Source: Ophelia neglecta
Lineage: Eukaryota
DNA length: 64,000 bases
Assembly: GCA_965285935.1 (NCBI GenBank)
Contig: OZ260661.1
Location: forward strand, 108,686,001 to 108,750,000
Reading direction: 5' to 3'
Notes under the pieces: model-generated
Told to the model about the DNA's origin: nothing
The model's input: only the letters and a program-made list of their open reading frames with translations
Database searches by the model: none
Translations under genes and position numbers: made by a program
Shown: positions 40,792-54,170 of the stretch, piece by piece
Numbering within the stretch: position 1 is the stretch's first letter
Layout of the letters: each line of letters starts with the position of its first letter

Positions 40792-43700
40792 TACCACGAT
40801 TCCTGTTTTCAAGTCGGTTTGCCCTGGCTGTGTTAGGATTCTTTGGATTTGTAGCTATGAGTACACAGCGTGCGTGCATGAACGTCGTCATGGTCTGTAT
40901 GTTAAACCAAACAGGATTGGCTGTATTGGCCGCTGAAAAAAAGACAGTGGGGGAATTTGAAACAAATCACACGCAGCCGTTGGAAGTACCATGTGATCAG
41001 CGGAGTATTGAGTTACTCAAACACATGATCAACAAAACAGAAATGGAATTCTTGTTTGTAAGTCTTTAGCTGCGTTTGTATTAATAAGTAAATTTAAAAA
41101 GAAAAATACTAATTCTAGACTGTCAGTTTTAAATTCAATGATAGTTTATGATATTATAATGTGAACTATAACAACGAATGGTTTGACTGACAAAGTGAAC
41201 ATTATCGTGAACATGTTGTGCAGACGTTCATTCATATATGGATTTGCATCATGTGAATGTTCTTTGACAATACAGGTATAATGACGGGAATAATACATCT
41301 GACCCAATAGGCTCTGGGTCAAAAATAACAATCTAAAGGCGCTCATCTGTATTTTGACAATATGACTTGCGGATAAAATGCTTACATGACCAATTAGAGT
41401 AAAAATATAAACTCTAAATGCGTAAATTTGTTCTTTGACAATATTATATATATATATATATAATACAAACGACCCTTCGGGTTTAAAATTATATATAAGG
41501 GTAATTTATATATATCAGCTACACCTAACTTCAACCGCGGCAATAATTCATATCGGAATGTATTTTGATTCGTTTAATGAATTATATCGTGTGTATATCT
41601 TTACCGCGTCTCCAGGGTTGCATTTCATTTTTCTCATAAACAAATTTGTTTATAAATATTCAGATTCAGGGTAAACAAGTAGTTTATATAAATCCGTGAG
41701 TCTGATGGGAGCAACAGGAATTCCTTGGTCATTTTATACCCATCACAAGCCTGCCATTCCAGCTAACCCGGTCCAATGTTGTAAATAATTTAGTTGTGAG
41801 GCTATCTTTCCGTTGTATTTTCCAGGATGGAGATTTCCTTTGGAATGAAACAAAACAAAATGTGATATACTCGACATTTTATTGGGGCTACCTCCTTAGT
41901 CAAATACCTTGTGGTTTCCTAGCAACCAGGTTCGGCGGAAAGCGGGTTTTTGGCTTTTTCCTTCTCACCTCCTCGATTTCCACTGGATTAATCCCTTTTG
42001 GAACGGAGACCCACTACTACATACTTATATTCCTACGCTTTGTGGGTGGCGTTGGAGCTGTAAGTTAATATCATGTTTTTGCTTGCTTAAGTCATTATGA
42101 AAACAGATATAACTTTTTCCTAATCACAATATCTGAGGAATGCTGATAAAACTAAAGGTGAATCTGCAAAAAATACGAACTATGTAATTGGAAGTTTTCA
42201 CCATTCCTTCTCCGTTTCCTCCCCAGGGTGCAGCTTTCCCAGCAATGGGAGCGCTATGGGGGAAGTGGGCGCCACCGATGGAGAGAACAAAATTAGCATG
42301 TATGAGTTATGCAGGTAATGTTATATCTCCTATGCCATTCAAAATTACTGTATTTCTAATTGCCAAACCGGCTTTTTATTAGCAATGGAACTAGATGTAT
42401 AAAAACTTTCGCTATTTTACAGGTGCGCTCACCGGCGCCATTATTACATTCCCTTTAACCGTTACACTGTGTGAGCTTGGTATACTTGGCGGGTGGCCAT
42501 GTGTCTTCTATGTCGTCGGTAAGGTTACATGTCACAGTGCTCGGACATGATTTTACCTTATGACCTAATAACGGATCGAATGCATTATTTAATACAATAC
42601 CTACTACAAAAACTCCGTTTATGTTGGTATCTGCCACAGGAGGCGGTGGTGTAGCCTGGTTTATCATCTGGATGCTTTTCGCCAGTGAATCACCCCTAGA
42701 CCATGGCAGGATCTCTCGAGAAGAAAAACAATATATTGTTGTCACATTGACACCAGAGACTAATTTACACACGGGCCGAGTAGGTCTACAGTTTATTTGT
42801 GTACGCCAATAAAACACGCCAGGCCAAAGAACAGGCAGCAATCTATATCTATACCTAGCTCGACTCTAAGATAAACGAAAAGAAATTCAAAGACGTAATA
42901 AAGCAAAAACAAATGGAAGTAGTATATGTCAGGTTGACACCGTCTGAGTATAGCATGAGGCCAAATGTATAGCACGTGGTCAAATGTGAGACACTGTACG
43001 TGCCGGGTGTATTAGTTTATCTATTATTTACGTATTTTTCAGCCAATCAAAATACCATGGATTAACGTGGTCACCTCCATTCCTTTTATATCACTCGTAA
43101 TATGTCATTTTACTTATGAATGGGGAATGTACACGCTCGGAACCAGCGTGCCCCAGTTCCTCCACGAAAATCTTAATATCGATCTCAAGTATGTAAGTAT
43201 GCCTCAATACCTCATCGCTGCTATAATGTAAACCTTTCTTTAACATTTATTATTATTATTCAAATACAAGAGCTTTATATCGAGACGAAAAAGAAAGCAG
43301 TTAATACCATGCATAAGTAAGCCTCATATTTTTATTCGCCAGAATTCCCTTTTCTCCGTGTTGCCTTATCTTGGTATGTGGTTGCTAACCCTGATTTGCG
43401 GTGCGTGTTCTGACCGCCTGATTGTCCGAGGAGTCATAGTTACAACAACCACTAGAAAAATAATGGAAGGCATAGGTAGTGTAAACTCTCAAAATATCTC
43501 CTATATCATCATCCGACTGATGGGTAAAGGTCACAAATATACCTTTCATTTGCCTAGGATATAGCAATAGTAGTCGATATATTTGAAACACATCCTTTCT
43601 TCTTATGAAACGTATATATACAATTTTCCAACATTAGATTTTCTGAGACGTGTTCACTAAAATACACGATTCTCTTCTTATCGTCCTAAAGAAAACGTAC

Positions 43701-45195
43701 ATTTCGTTTAATAGCATAGACGCGTAATATGTATTCATTCACGGATATCGATGACCAACCTAATTTAAACATAAACACATAGACTGTCCTAAAAACTGTT
43801 TCCTACAAATTTGTATATAAACCGAGATCGCGCTTAAGATTGCAAACAGAAAGTCTAAGTAAACCTCAATGCATCAAAAAGCAAACCATATTGTATTTGC
43901 ACTAACCCAGATTTTTCGCGCTTTCATCCTTTTTAGGTACAATAATTCCAATAGGTATGTTGGTCGGTACCGGTTTCATCACGTGCGCCCAGTGGAAAGG
44001 AGCGGTGAGCGTCCAAGTCATTGGCATTGCCTTCTGCGGATTTCGATTTGGTGGGTTTTTGGTCAGTCATCTGGACATAGCCCCTCAGTACGCAGGGGTA
44101 TTAATGGGCATCGCCAACGGGATCGGCACAACCGCCAGCTTCATCGCACCCTTCATTGTTGATATCATAACACAAGAGGTTGGTGTGAGCGAGGAATTGA
44201 CAAGCATGCATGTTTTCAGTTCAGTTTAAGACATAATATTGTATTTAATTTCAACAGAAACCATACTTCCGTCTTCTTGACAGCCACCATATTAAACAAT
44301 AAATAGTAAAATCTAGACACTGTTATTTTCTCGCTTTTCCTTTTAGAACACCCGCGAGCAGTGGCAGACGGTGTTCTTCATCGCAGCTTCCTTCTTGGCA
44401 TTCGGGATGTTAGCATTCCTGATTTGTGGCTCGGGAGATATCCAGAGCTGGGCCCGGCCCATTGATGACGAGGATGCCGACGAGGAACACGACCCAATTG
44501 GAGATTTACTACCTTTAGCCAACGAGAGATATATCAAGGTGCCGCCAGTGGCCGGTAAACCAATAAAATTAGTGCCACAGAACAAGGTTCAGCCACAACC
44601 ACATATTCAGGTGGTACAACCTGTGGGCTTACTTCCCAACAGGAATTCTATGTTAGTACAAAACAGCAACACCTTAACAAAGTCCAAACCGGCACAGCAA
44701 CAGCAGCTGCTGCCGGCGAACAGAACTAGAAGATCTCAGGTAACAGATAGTCCTCAGGCGTCCACATCACGTGACGACAGTGCGTCACATGACTTCAGTA
44801 TATCAATCGATAGTTTAGACGACCTGGACCAGACGACCACTTACTCGTCCACCTCAAGCGAGCCAGCTCCTCCAACCCCTATACCCGCGGTCAAAAAGGC
44901 TTGGTCCAAGTGGTCGAAAAAATCTTCCAAATCTAACAAGTCGACTAAATCGAGCAAATCCACAAAGTCGAATTCGTCAAATAAATCTGCCAAAGGTGCT
45001 AAAGCGAACTCGAAAGAGTCTAAGACTGAACCAAGTACCAGTGTTGTCGACAAGGATTATATTCGAGCCGATGCGACATCGAAAAACAAGGATAAAAGCA
45101 AACGATTATCTCAAATGTCGGTCGGCACGGAAGGTAGTGACTTTACCATAGAAGACTGGAAATTTTACGACACACTATCGGAATCCATTGTATAG
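40792..45195 (+). CDS. SLC17 family (sialin/VGLUT/NPT-like) MFS organic-anion transporter; 5' exon with start codon not identified
   Basis: Phase-consistent GT-AG exons: 40792-41057, 41826-42059, 42227-42314, 42423-42518, 42640-42779, 43043-43192, 43343-43475, 43937-44178, 44347-45195. SLC17 motifs: [96 protein letters not shown]. The first visible exon opens in phase 1, so an upstream exon is required. Confidence 0.93.
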
Positions 45196-46049
45196 CGCGA
45201 GTTCATTATAGGAAAATTTGTAAATAATAAACACACTTACCCCTTATATATGTTGTGTGAAGTTTATCTAAAGATTAAGTTTGATTTATCACAGTTTCTA
45301 GTATTGATTTATTGCTCAATCGACGTCATGTCGATACCTACTATACTCTACACACTTTCGCATTTTCTCATGCACCGCGACAGTGAGAATAAAGATCAAC
45401 ACTCCGCACGACAATGAAATAATAAAAATAATAATAGCATTGCTAATACAGTTGTGCCAGGGTATTTCGATTTGATTATTAATTGATAATGCATACCAAA
45501 ATCCCCTTTGTTTACATTCCTGTATGGTATGCTTACTTGTTTCCTAATTTCATTAGCAACATTTATTTTGTCGCTCTTAATTTGTGCAACGACAATATTT
45601 TACTCTATAAAGCGCCATAAAACACACAGTTGTGAAGAATCCTCAATCCTCCAAAACAAAGAGACAATTGAAATGCCAATTTTACAATTTTGCTTTACAT
45701 GTTAATGAGAAACGTGTATTGGTTGGTCCCTTTTCCTTAGATAACATATCACAAGCAGCGTGCATTTAATAGTTATAGTTAATCTTTGAAGAGGATGTAG
45801 TAAATGCTTACCTTTCATTTATAACGCTACTAAAACAATTAGGCCTATATGCTTCCGGTGGAAACCCATTATGGAGCGTTTCTGCTCCGGTATCGGAGAG
45901 ACGCTTATCAATATAACTCATTACTACTTCAGAACACCTAAAGAGAGACGGTAAGCTAAGGGTGCTCTGCGTGAAGTAGTATCCAACAGTGAAAACTCAT
46001 GCCATTCTAAGAATGGTATATCTATTAGAAATAAGCACTAAATAATGTT

Positions 46050-46164
46050 CAGTGGCGGATCCAGGATTTCAGGAAGAGGGGGGGGGGGGCCCAAATTTTT
46101 CAAAGTTGACAAGGCCAATGTCTGGATTGTCCCCTGCCCCCCCCCCCCCCTAAATCCGCCACTG
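46050..46164. mobile_element. hAT-like MITE with a 5-bp TSD
   Basis: Perfect 11-bp TIR CAGTGGCGGAT/ATCCGCCACTG, flanked by ATGTT on both sides (46045-46049, 46165-46169). Confidence 0.85.
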
Positions 46165-47699
46165 ATGTTTAAAGTAATAGTGGAAGACGAGATAATCAGT
46201 AGTTCACATTTTTTATCTATATTACTGAAACTGGTATCAGTTAGTACCACTACTTACAATTATTTGTCTTTTCAATTTGCTTGATCGACCTTTTATTAGT
46301 TTATTTGCCAAGAGTCTTGTTATTATTAAATGCGGTGCACATAATTTCTAGCCGTATGTTAGAATATATGTTGAGTGTGGTTTGTTTGGGAATGGCTGGG
46401 AGAAGATTTAAAAAAATAACAGAGATTACATTTTCATGAGACGAGGCGTATTTAAAGTTCAATAAACATATAGTTAATATTATCAATTTTGTTTTTGCTG
46501 ACTTCGGTAACTTTTACGACATGTCGTGACACTCGGCTTGCTTGAAATTAATAACGTTACAATCCTATTGGAAGTGATTTTCGGACAGATATTTTCATGC
46601 ATGCAATCAAAACTTCCTGCTTAAGACTGCATTCTAAGTTCAACTTTCTCCTGTGATACCGCCATATTTGGTCTACTTGGCTACTTGACGTTGTTACCTG
46701 GTTGTTCCGTGTTACCGTCATGGCTTGATTTTTTTGGTGACCTATCATGGGTTTAATTGTTCAATTTTTCGAGTGAAGCTTGTGTTTGAAGCATAATTAC
46801 CTTACCCATCATTTGCTGAAAGTTACCAGTACCATAGCTGGCCAAAAATAAACGCCTGAACATAGATTGCATTTCTGAGGAGAATTTGTGCGACTGCAAT
46901 TTTGAATGATGTAAACACATGTTACCAGCAGCCGATAAAGCACTGTGAACATAAGGAGAAAAATAATTTTAAAAAAGCCATCTGCATGCTTTTGCATCAT
47001 TAAGTTAGTAATCATATGTGGTCAACGAGATTAATGAAGTTGTCTGAATATAAGCCACTGATTTGAATATAGAACACTATCGTGAACAAGTAGTAAGTAA
47101 GTTTATTCCTTAATCCATTCGAATTGTAGGATACGATATATACAATGATATAGATGAGAAAGTTATAAAAATAAGTGCATAAAAATTAGTACATTGATTA
47201 GAAATATACAAGACTCCCCTCGACATTGATAAATAATAATGAATTACGTTCGCGGCAGAGTGCAGACAACTGGAATTATTTCAAATACATTTCTTTCCCT
47301 TTTTTCCATCACATATGTTATGTACAGAACGGTCGACATTTGATACGTGTTATCACCTTTTCAGTCTAGCAACATAATAATGACAGATGAATGAATCAAT
47401 TCCTGATCTGTTTTTATAGTTATGTTCATTATCCAGTGTCAGCCTGATGAGGAACCATCGTTCTAGATAGGCCTATATCCTGCTTGAACAATATTACCGT
47501 TTTAGTTCATGAGTGCTCATAAAGTACTGCCAGAATCTTCCATATTACATACGCTCTTATCTGTCTAGGGGAAGTGGTAACAATATCGAACCTCCATATA
47601 AAATACGACGTGTAATTATATTATAAATACAAAATGGTCGACAACGAACGATAATTGATAATAAATTTATATAATTTCAGGTTTAGTTCAGGGGTTGAA

Positions 47700-48110
47700 A
47701 GATTAGTATACAGTCATAAACAAGATAAACCTGTTTTAAACCAGCATGTCACCAGTATTTAAAAACAAGAAGTATATAATTATTAAAAGTTTCTAAAACC
47801 AGACTAAAGCAACGTGCTCATCATTGTTAAACCGGACATGAAACCAAGCATTACCATAAAAAACCAGATTGGCACTGGACAAGGTCAGGTTATAAGAATG
47901 GGAATCAAGACAGAAAAATGTTTCCTGACAAAAAACAGATAATTTCTTTAAACCAGTCTGAAACCAGCATTAGGTCGGCATCAAAACCAAGGAAAACCAC
48001 ATGAAAACCACGTAAAACCAGATTTGGCTCAAGACAAAGATGATGCCTGTTAAACAAACAAAAACCACATTCGTAACCAGACAGAAACCAGACAGTTATT
48101 TCCGAAGGGA
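47700..48110. repeat. Degenerate AAACCA(G)-rich repeat
   Basis: More than 10 strand-biased AAACCA/AAACCAG motifs within ~400 bp. Confidence 0.55.
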
Positions 48111-50545
48111 ATTGGAAACAGTGGGAAATTAGGTTGTCTTTTCATCGACTTGAGATATGATTGATAACACAAAATTATAGGAGAATTCTACTGCCTTAAA
48201 AAATGTTCTTCCAGACACAGCTGTGAAACAATCATTAATTGATATAAGGCTACGTTGATAAACTGTGACTTTCAGCGCATAGATCACTATTTTACTGCCA
48301 TTAAAGTAGATTATGCAGAAGGAATACCTAATTATCACAACTACATTTAAATTTATTAGCAATGACCGTTTACAGGCAGCTTAGCGTTCCCTTAGATATA
48401 AAAGACCCACATTACCCATCCAGCCCACCTCCCTCACCTACATACATATCGATCGCCCTCCAAACCCACCTCCCCTTAACCATATATCGCCCCTCCATCC
48501 CACCTCCCCTCACCCATGTCGTCCCTCCAACTCCCTTCTCCTTTATTCGCAATGACATCCTATACTGAAGAATCTCATGCAAGGCCTATTGGCCTCTACT
48601 AGCATTCATTATGATCGCGATTAAATGGCACATTCCTATGTACATAGATATAAGAACAAACGCACCTAAACAGCCCCGTGGATGATAACAAAAAGTATTA
48701 AAAATAGGTCGACCAAACGCGTCATCGTAGTTAATGACATGTATTCTGTTTGCTCCCTCTCGGGTATGTTATTAAGGACGCATTCCCTTACACATCTAGT
48801 TGGTGATTTCAGTACAAGCTGCAGTCAAGAGCGGTAGGTTCTATTTCTAACTATTTAGTGTATTGATGTGTTTCTAAAAGTTACAATTCTGTTTTTATAC
48901 ATGTACATTTTATAGAGAATAATTCGATAAAGTCATAGATAAGGAAATCGATGACTTGGGACTATATACTCCACCAAATGTGAATCGTTTCAAAACAGGG
49001 CACACTTTTAAGTAAAAGTGATAAAAAAAACCTATATAATAGTCTTGCTTAAAATGTGACTTTGGAAAGCCTCGGTTTACACCGTGGTGGGTAGGTTGGC
49101 CACGAACTAGCCTCATAGATATTTGCCGACATCATTAGATTATAATTATATAATGATAATAACATTGTCGTATGTTTCTATGGCTGGTGTTGTACAATCG
49201 AATAGCCGGTAACCATTTAGTTTCGTAAGCGTTAGTTACTTCATACTTGAAGTTTAAATGTTTTATCTGTGCCTACTATCTATAAAAAAGCTCAGAACTT
49301 GTTCGAGATTAGTTAATATTACGCTATAAATTTAGATGTTTGGTAGAACACACTGGCAATCCTTTTGTAATTCATGGTCAGTACTAAAACTATTTCCTTC
49401 CAATGGGCCGGTATACAGGTCCAAATAGTAAGTGACCTTATTTGACCTTTCAAACTTTGAACATCCAAATTTAAACCATTTACCAATAATATTTTGAAGA
49501 TATAAGTGGCAAAATTGGCCTTACTACTTTGTAATATTACCTCGCTGATTGTTAACATGCTTTAGTGGACCAGGATGTTTCAATTTTCTTCGAAATGTAA
49601 TTAAATGTCGTCTTTAAACTTGTATTTTAACGTATTTGAAATTTCTTATGCAAATAGTCAATCAATAAATATAATCTCAAAAAGGCAGGCGTCTGATCAC
49701 TTCCAATGTAGCTTCAGAATCAGGACACATATTTACTCTATCTTATGCCTGAAAATATATTCGCATGTAAGAAAGTAATTAATTTCAAATTTTTATATCT
49801 AATATGTTAAACATGAGAACAAAATCAAACACTAAACCTTCTGGAAACCATGGCAACGTACTCGTCATTATCCTAGAGTTACTTGCATTTCAGTCCTCGT
49901 ATTATGAGGATAACCTATATTCTTGATTAGTTTTCACTAGAAGCGGGGTACGCAATTCAAGTAGATACAAAACCCACTCTCCATGCCTCTTACTGATATT
50001 GGTTCATGGACTATGAATAATAATCTAATTATATTTTATTATAGTTCTAAGCAAGGCAATCGACTGAGCGTAATGAAGCAGCATAGGAAACTAATTTAGA
50101 AATCGAAGTTGATTCCGTGGTTGTCTCCTATTGCTATGTACTGGCCCAGGCTGCATGCTTTTCAATTGTAGCCAAAAACTGCTCAAACTATAGACACTTT
50201 AAGAAACTATGATAGAAGGTTAACACAAAGCCGGCTTCACGATTTTCAATCAACTCCACAGAAGAAAACTTACATTATGTCGGCTCAGTCTAGACTACCC
50301 GAAATAAAGACCAACAAAATCCCATTCGGCAACATTTATTGTGCAAAACATACAGGAAAAACTAAAGCCAGCGTCCCTAAAGAGTGATATGGAATTAATT
50401 AAAGTAATGAAAACACAAAGAATGTACCCCTATCTAGTCAGAAGCTTATTAGTTTCTACGATAAACACTATAGCAAAGAGACATTCCTACAAATAAGATA
50501 CCAATGTTTCAAATCCATTATCAATGTAAACAGAAAGAACAATTA

Positions 50546-50933
50546 GGGAGCGTTCATTATTTATGGCCGGGGGGGGGGGTGGTGGTAAATTTTTGAAATG
50601 AGTACGTCAAAAAAAAAATTGCCCCCCCCCTGGAAATAGGTCGGAAAAAAATTGCCCCCCCCCCCTCAGATATAGGTGGAAAAAAATTGCCCCCCCCCCC
50701 CCCATCAAAAACAGAATTTGTCTAAGTATGATCAGTTTCACTACACACTTTTGTACAATATATATTTCTAAAAAAAATTGCGCACCCTGTGAATAGACTA
50801 AAAAAAACTGTCCCCCCCATGGAAATGGGTTGAAAAAAAACTGTCCCCCCCATGGAAATGGGTTGAAAAAAAACTGTCCCCCCCCCAAATTTACCACCCC
50901 CCCCCCCCCCGGCCATAAATAATGAACGCTCCC
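50546..50933. mobile_element. PIF/Harbinger-type MITE
   Basis: Long TIR GGGAGCGTTCATTATTTATGGCCG(n)...GGTAAATTT and its reverse complement; TTA TSD at 50543-50545 and 50934-50936; internal AAAAAAA.TG.CCCCCC subrepeats. Confidence 0.92.
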
Positions 50934-51123
50934 TTATCGCTTGTCAAATCGTGGAATGGCAATCGACATGCTTTTTGATACATCCAACATGTGGAACAAA
51001 GGAAGGTATGTAGTCATAAGTTGGTATATGAACAAAAATTGATCGAAAAACATCATATGAAGTGATTGAACCTTTCGTATTTCAAACAGAAGGCTATCTC
51101 CACAGATCTGATTCAGCAAAGCG

Positions 51124-53025
51124 ATGGAAGACACAAGAGAAGTGTGCAAACGACAATGGACTCAAAGCTGTGATATAGATGAAGACGATGTGGATTTTAC
51201 TGTCATGACCTATAATATATTATCCGACGAGTATATAAAACCAGGAGAGTATGTCTATTGTCCTGAGGATGTGAGATACCAAAAAACTCGAACGTCTCAT
51301 ATTGTGTCAGAAGTGGAATTATACAATCCTGATGTCGTCTGTCTGCAGGAGGTAGCCGACGACCATTTTGTCTCCATCTTGTCTCGTTCGATGGAGAAGA
51401 TCGGCTTTGCCGGCTGTTACATGCCATATACATATCGTAAAAACGATGGATTGAGTATATTTTATAAACAAGGCAAACTTTCCTTGGTAGATATTAGAAA
51501 GTGTCAGACAGGAGAGCTCATTAAAGGAATGGCCACGGCAAGTTCATTTTAAATATAATTAATTTGAGCGGGAAATATTTGTAATATTAATTCGGTTTTA
51601 AAAGTGGAGTGGATACCAGCTAACTAAACAACTAAAATACGGATTAATGGTATGAATAATCCGCTAAATCGATTCGAATTCGTCTGGAATTGTTAGCCGC
51701 AGTCCAATAGATATCCATATCCAGGCTCTTAAAAAAAGCTATCAAAGCCTTTTTAAGAATCAGTAAAATATTTGAAATTGAAACAATTTTTTAAGCTCTC
51801 TTCGTTGCAATAGGAAATGCATATAGACAAATATTCTATAGCCGTCGACAAACTAGAAAAGCTATGTTGTGGTATGCTTGTCGGGCGATTCAGCCATGTA
51901 CGCTCCGGAAGAGAAGTGACTATCGGCAATCTGCAAGTCACCTGGACTGATTTTAAGTTACCAAGTCTACAAACCTTAGAGGTGCGTGATATAGCAATAG
52001 ATTAAAAATAAATTAAGTTGAGCCAAGAAAAAGGTTTTAACTTAGAGTCGAATCGAGCATGTGTTTACTTGTGATTAGCTTACTACATAAACTCAATGTG
52101 TTGGGGCATACATTGTGCGATTAAGTACACATTCTTTCATTTTTGTAAAAAATGTCTGGCTTTATGCAGGTTGCTGTCTCGTATCGGGCCCTCAAAGAAG
52201 CAGCAGAAGAAAGGCCCTTTATCATGTGCGGCGACTTCAATAGTCCGCCGACTTTTGCGCCATATCACTTCCTGTCGCGTGGTAATCTCTTGCCAGACGA
52301 CCCACTATGGTACAGTTTTCCAGAATTCAGGTTGTTTGCTATTAGAAATCAGGACGAGAACAGTGACCTTAGAAAATATGATACGGCAGAGGTGTCACCA
52401 GCAGAGAAAATGGCGGCGGAATCGGCTATATACACGCAAAAGGTATCATGCTTGTGATAAAACTCGAATTTTCATAGTTCAAATTAATTCCTTAACTATG
52501 GGCTTGGTTAAAAGAGGAGTATAAACCATTATATGCAATTTGATAAACTTCTACTAGCTTTTATTCGCACTTTAACCAACCTTCTTTTTTTTGGTCTTTG
52601 CAGAATATCGTATTCTTCGATCTAAGCCACCATATAATGAACTCATCTCATTGTTCATTTTCGACCGTTGATCGTCCAGTTAAAAGTGCATATCATACTA
52701 TCCTTGTAAGTAAAAGAAGTTTTGGCTGATCACACATCTAAATCGGAACATTTTCTTATGCAATTTCCGTATTATTATTTGAATACATCGACAATTTGTC
52801 GCCTTACAGGGCACAGAACCGGAAGTGACGAATTGTGACGCAGAAGCATGGAAAGGTTTCGTACACGAGATATGTGTGGACTACTTTTGGTATACCAGTG
52901 ATATCATCCCCTGTGGTGTGCTGAACACCCCCTCAAGATATTCAATCAGACGACATTTAGCACTTCCAAGCGTCCTTCACCCCTCTGATCACATTCCTCT
53001 CATGGCTGGCTTCAAACTGGTATAG
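51124..53025 (+). CDS. CCR4/Nocturnin/Angel/PDE12-family EEP phosphoesterase, paralog 1 (~390 aa)
   Basis: Exons 51124-51537 (GC donor), 51814-51981, 52170-52442, 52604-52705, 52810-53025; total 1173 nt, open frame. EEP motifs TYNIL, CLQEV, DGLSIFY, CGDFNS, VDYFWY, PSDHIPL. An acceptor-like CAG just upstream of the ATG may indicate a further 5' exon. Confidence 0.9.
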
Positions 53026-53659
53026 TTATGTACAAGGAATGTGAAATTTATTCGTTTTGAAGCACGATCTTGCTTGCATTGTACGCTATATATAGTCCCC
53101 CGTAAATATGACCTAGCAATATGCATTTTACTTCTGTATATAAAAAATATATTTACTTGATATTATCCTTGTCTAAATTTCTTTCTGATGTAAAACTTTA
53201 TTCATAAAAGAAACAATATTTGGTAACAGGGACCATTATGTGTCTGATTAATGTAAAATTAGGCAAGAAAAATTAGGGTAAACAATATGATATAACCAAA
53301 AAAGTACCTCATTAACAGGGACTCCCTCCTACACTTAATTCAAAACTACCGCCAAAAGTCGGGTACAATACACATTCCCAGTATAAATGAATCATGGGTT
53401 CTATATATTCCTCACATAAGGTATACGACCCCAAATCCTCCATTTCCCATTTATTTATCGAAATCGATTAACCAAAATATCAAATATATTGACTTTCCTC
53501 TATAAACAGGATGATTAAGCTTTCTCATAAAGATGAACTCTTCGCTATAAAATAGTTTTAGATATAATGTTTTAGAAATGTACATCCGACACGCTGACGT
53601 CGACAACTAAATATATCAACGAATGATTTATTAATCTACATTTAAAGTTAGCCTACTAT

Positions 53660-54170
53660 TGCAAAGTTAAAAGTTGCAAGCATAAAGCACAATTATAAGA
53701 AGTAAGTATATATAATAAGTGCAATTAATAAGTTCAAGTATAAGTAGGTTGCCTCACGCCCCCGCAATGAGATGAACTGTTACCTATAAAAATAGCATTA
53801 TTATTATTATTACACCTCAAACCCTATACATGATTTATATATAAGGTTTGAGAAATGTATTACCGACATGCCTCCTTCAACAATGTAATAACTATCTATA
53901 TAATTATAATGCTTCATGCTTTTCAAACTGATACTCACCCCTCTACTCCTGTTTAATTGTTGCTCCACTAGCCTGACACATTTTTTCCGCACACATTTAT
54001 AGATCAAAAGAAAAAATACAATGCATTTTAGAGCGACCAAGTAAAAAGTTACTAGTTGAAAAGTTACAATTTAAATGCATAAAGCACAAGCATAATAATG
54101 GGCTATTTATACCTAAGTATACAGTTAATAAGTTTAATTTTAAGTGTAGGTGGTGTCACGTCCCGACGAA
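53660..54170. repeat. Diverged ~100-bp direct duplication
   Basis: AAAAGTT.CAA...GCATAAAGCACAA...TTAATAAGTT.AA...TAGGT..TCACG.CCC at ~53670-53760 and ~54060-54165. Confidence 0.6.

Noticed and set aside
50607-50916. ORFs with repeated GGQFFF / GGTVFF peptides
   Set aside because: Translations of internal subrepeats of the Harbinger MITE.
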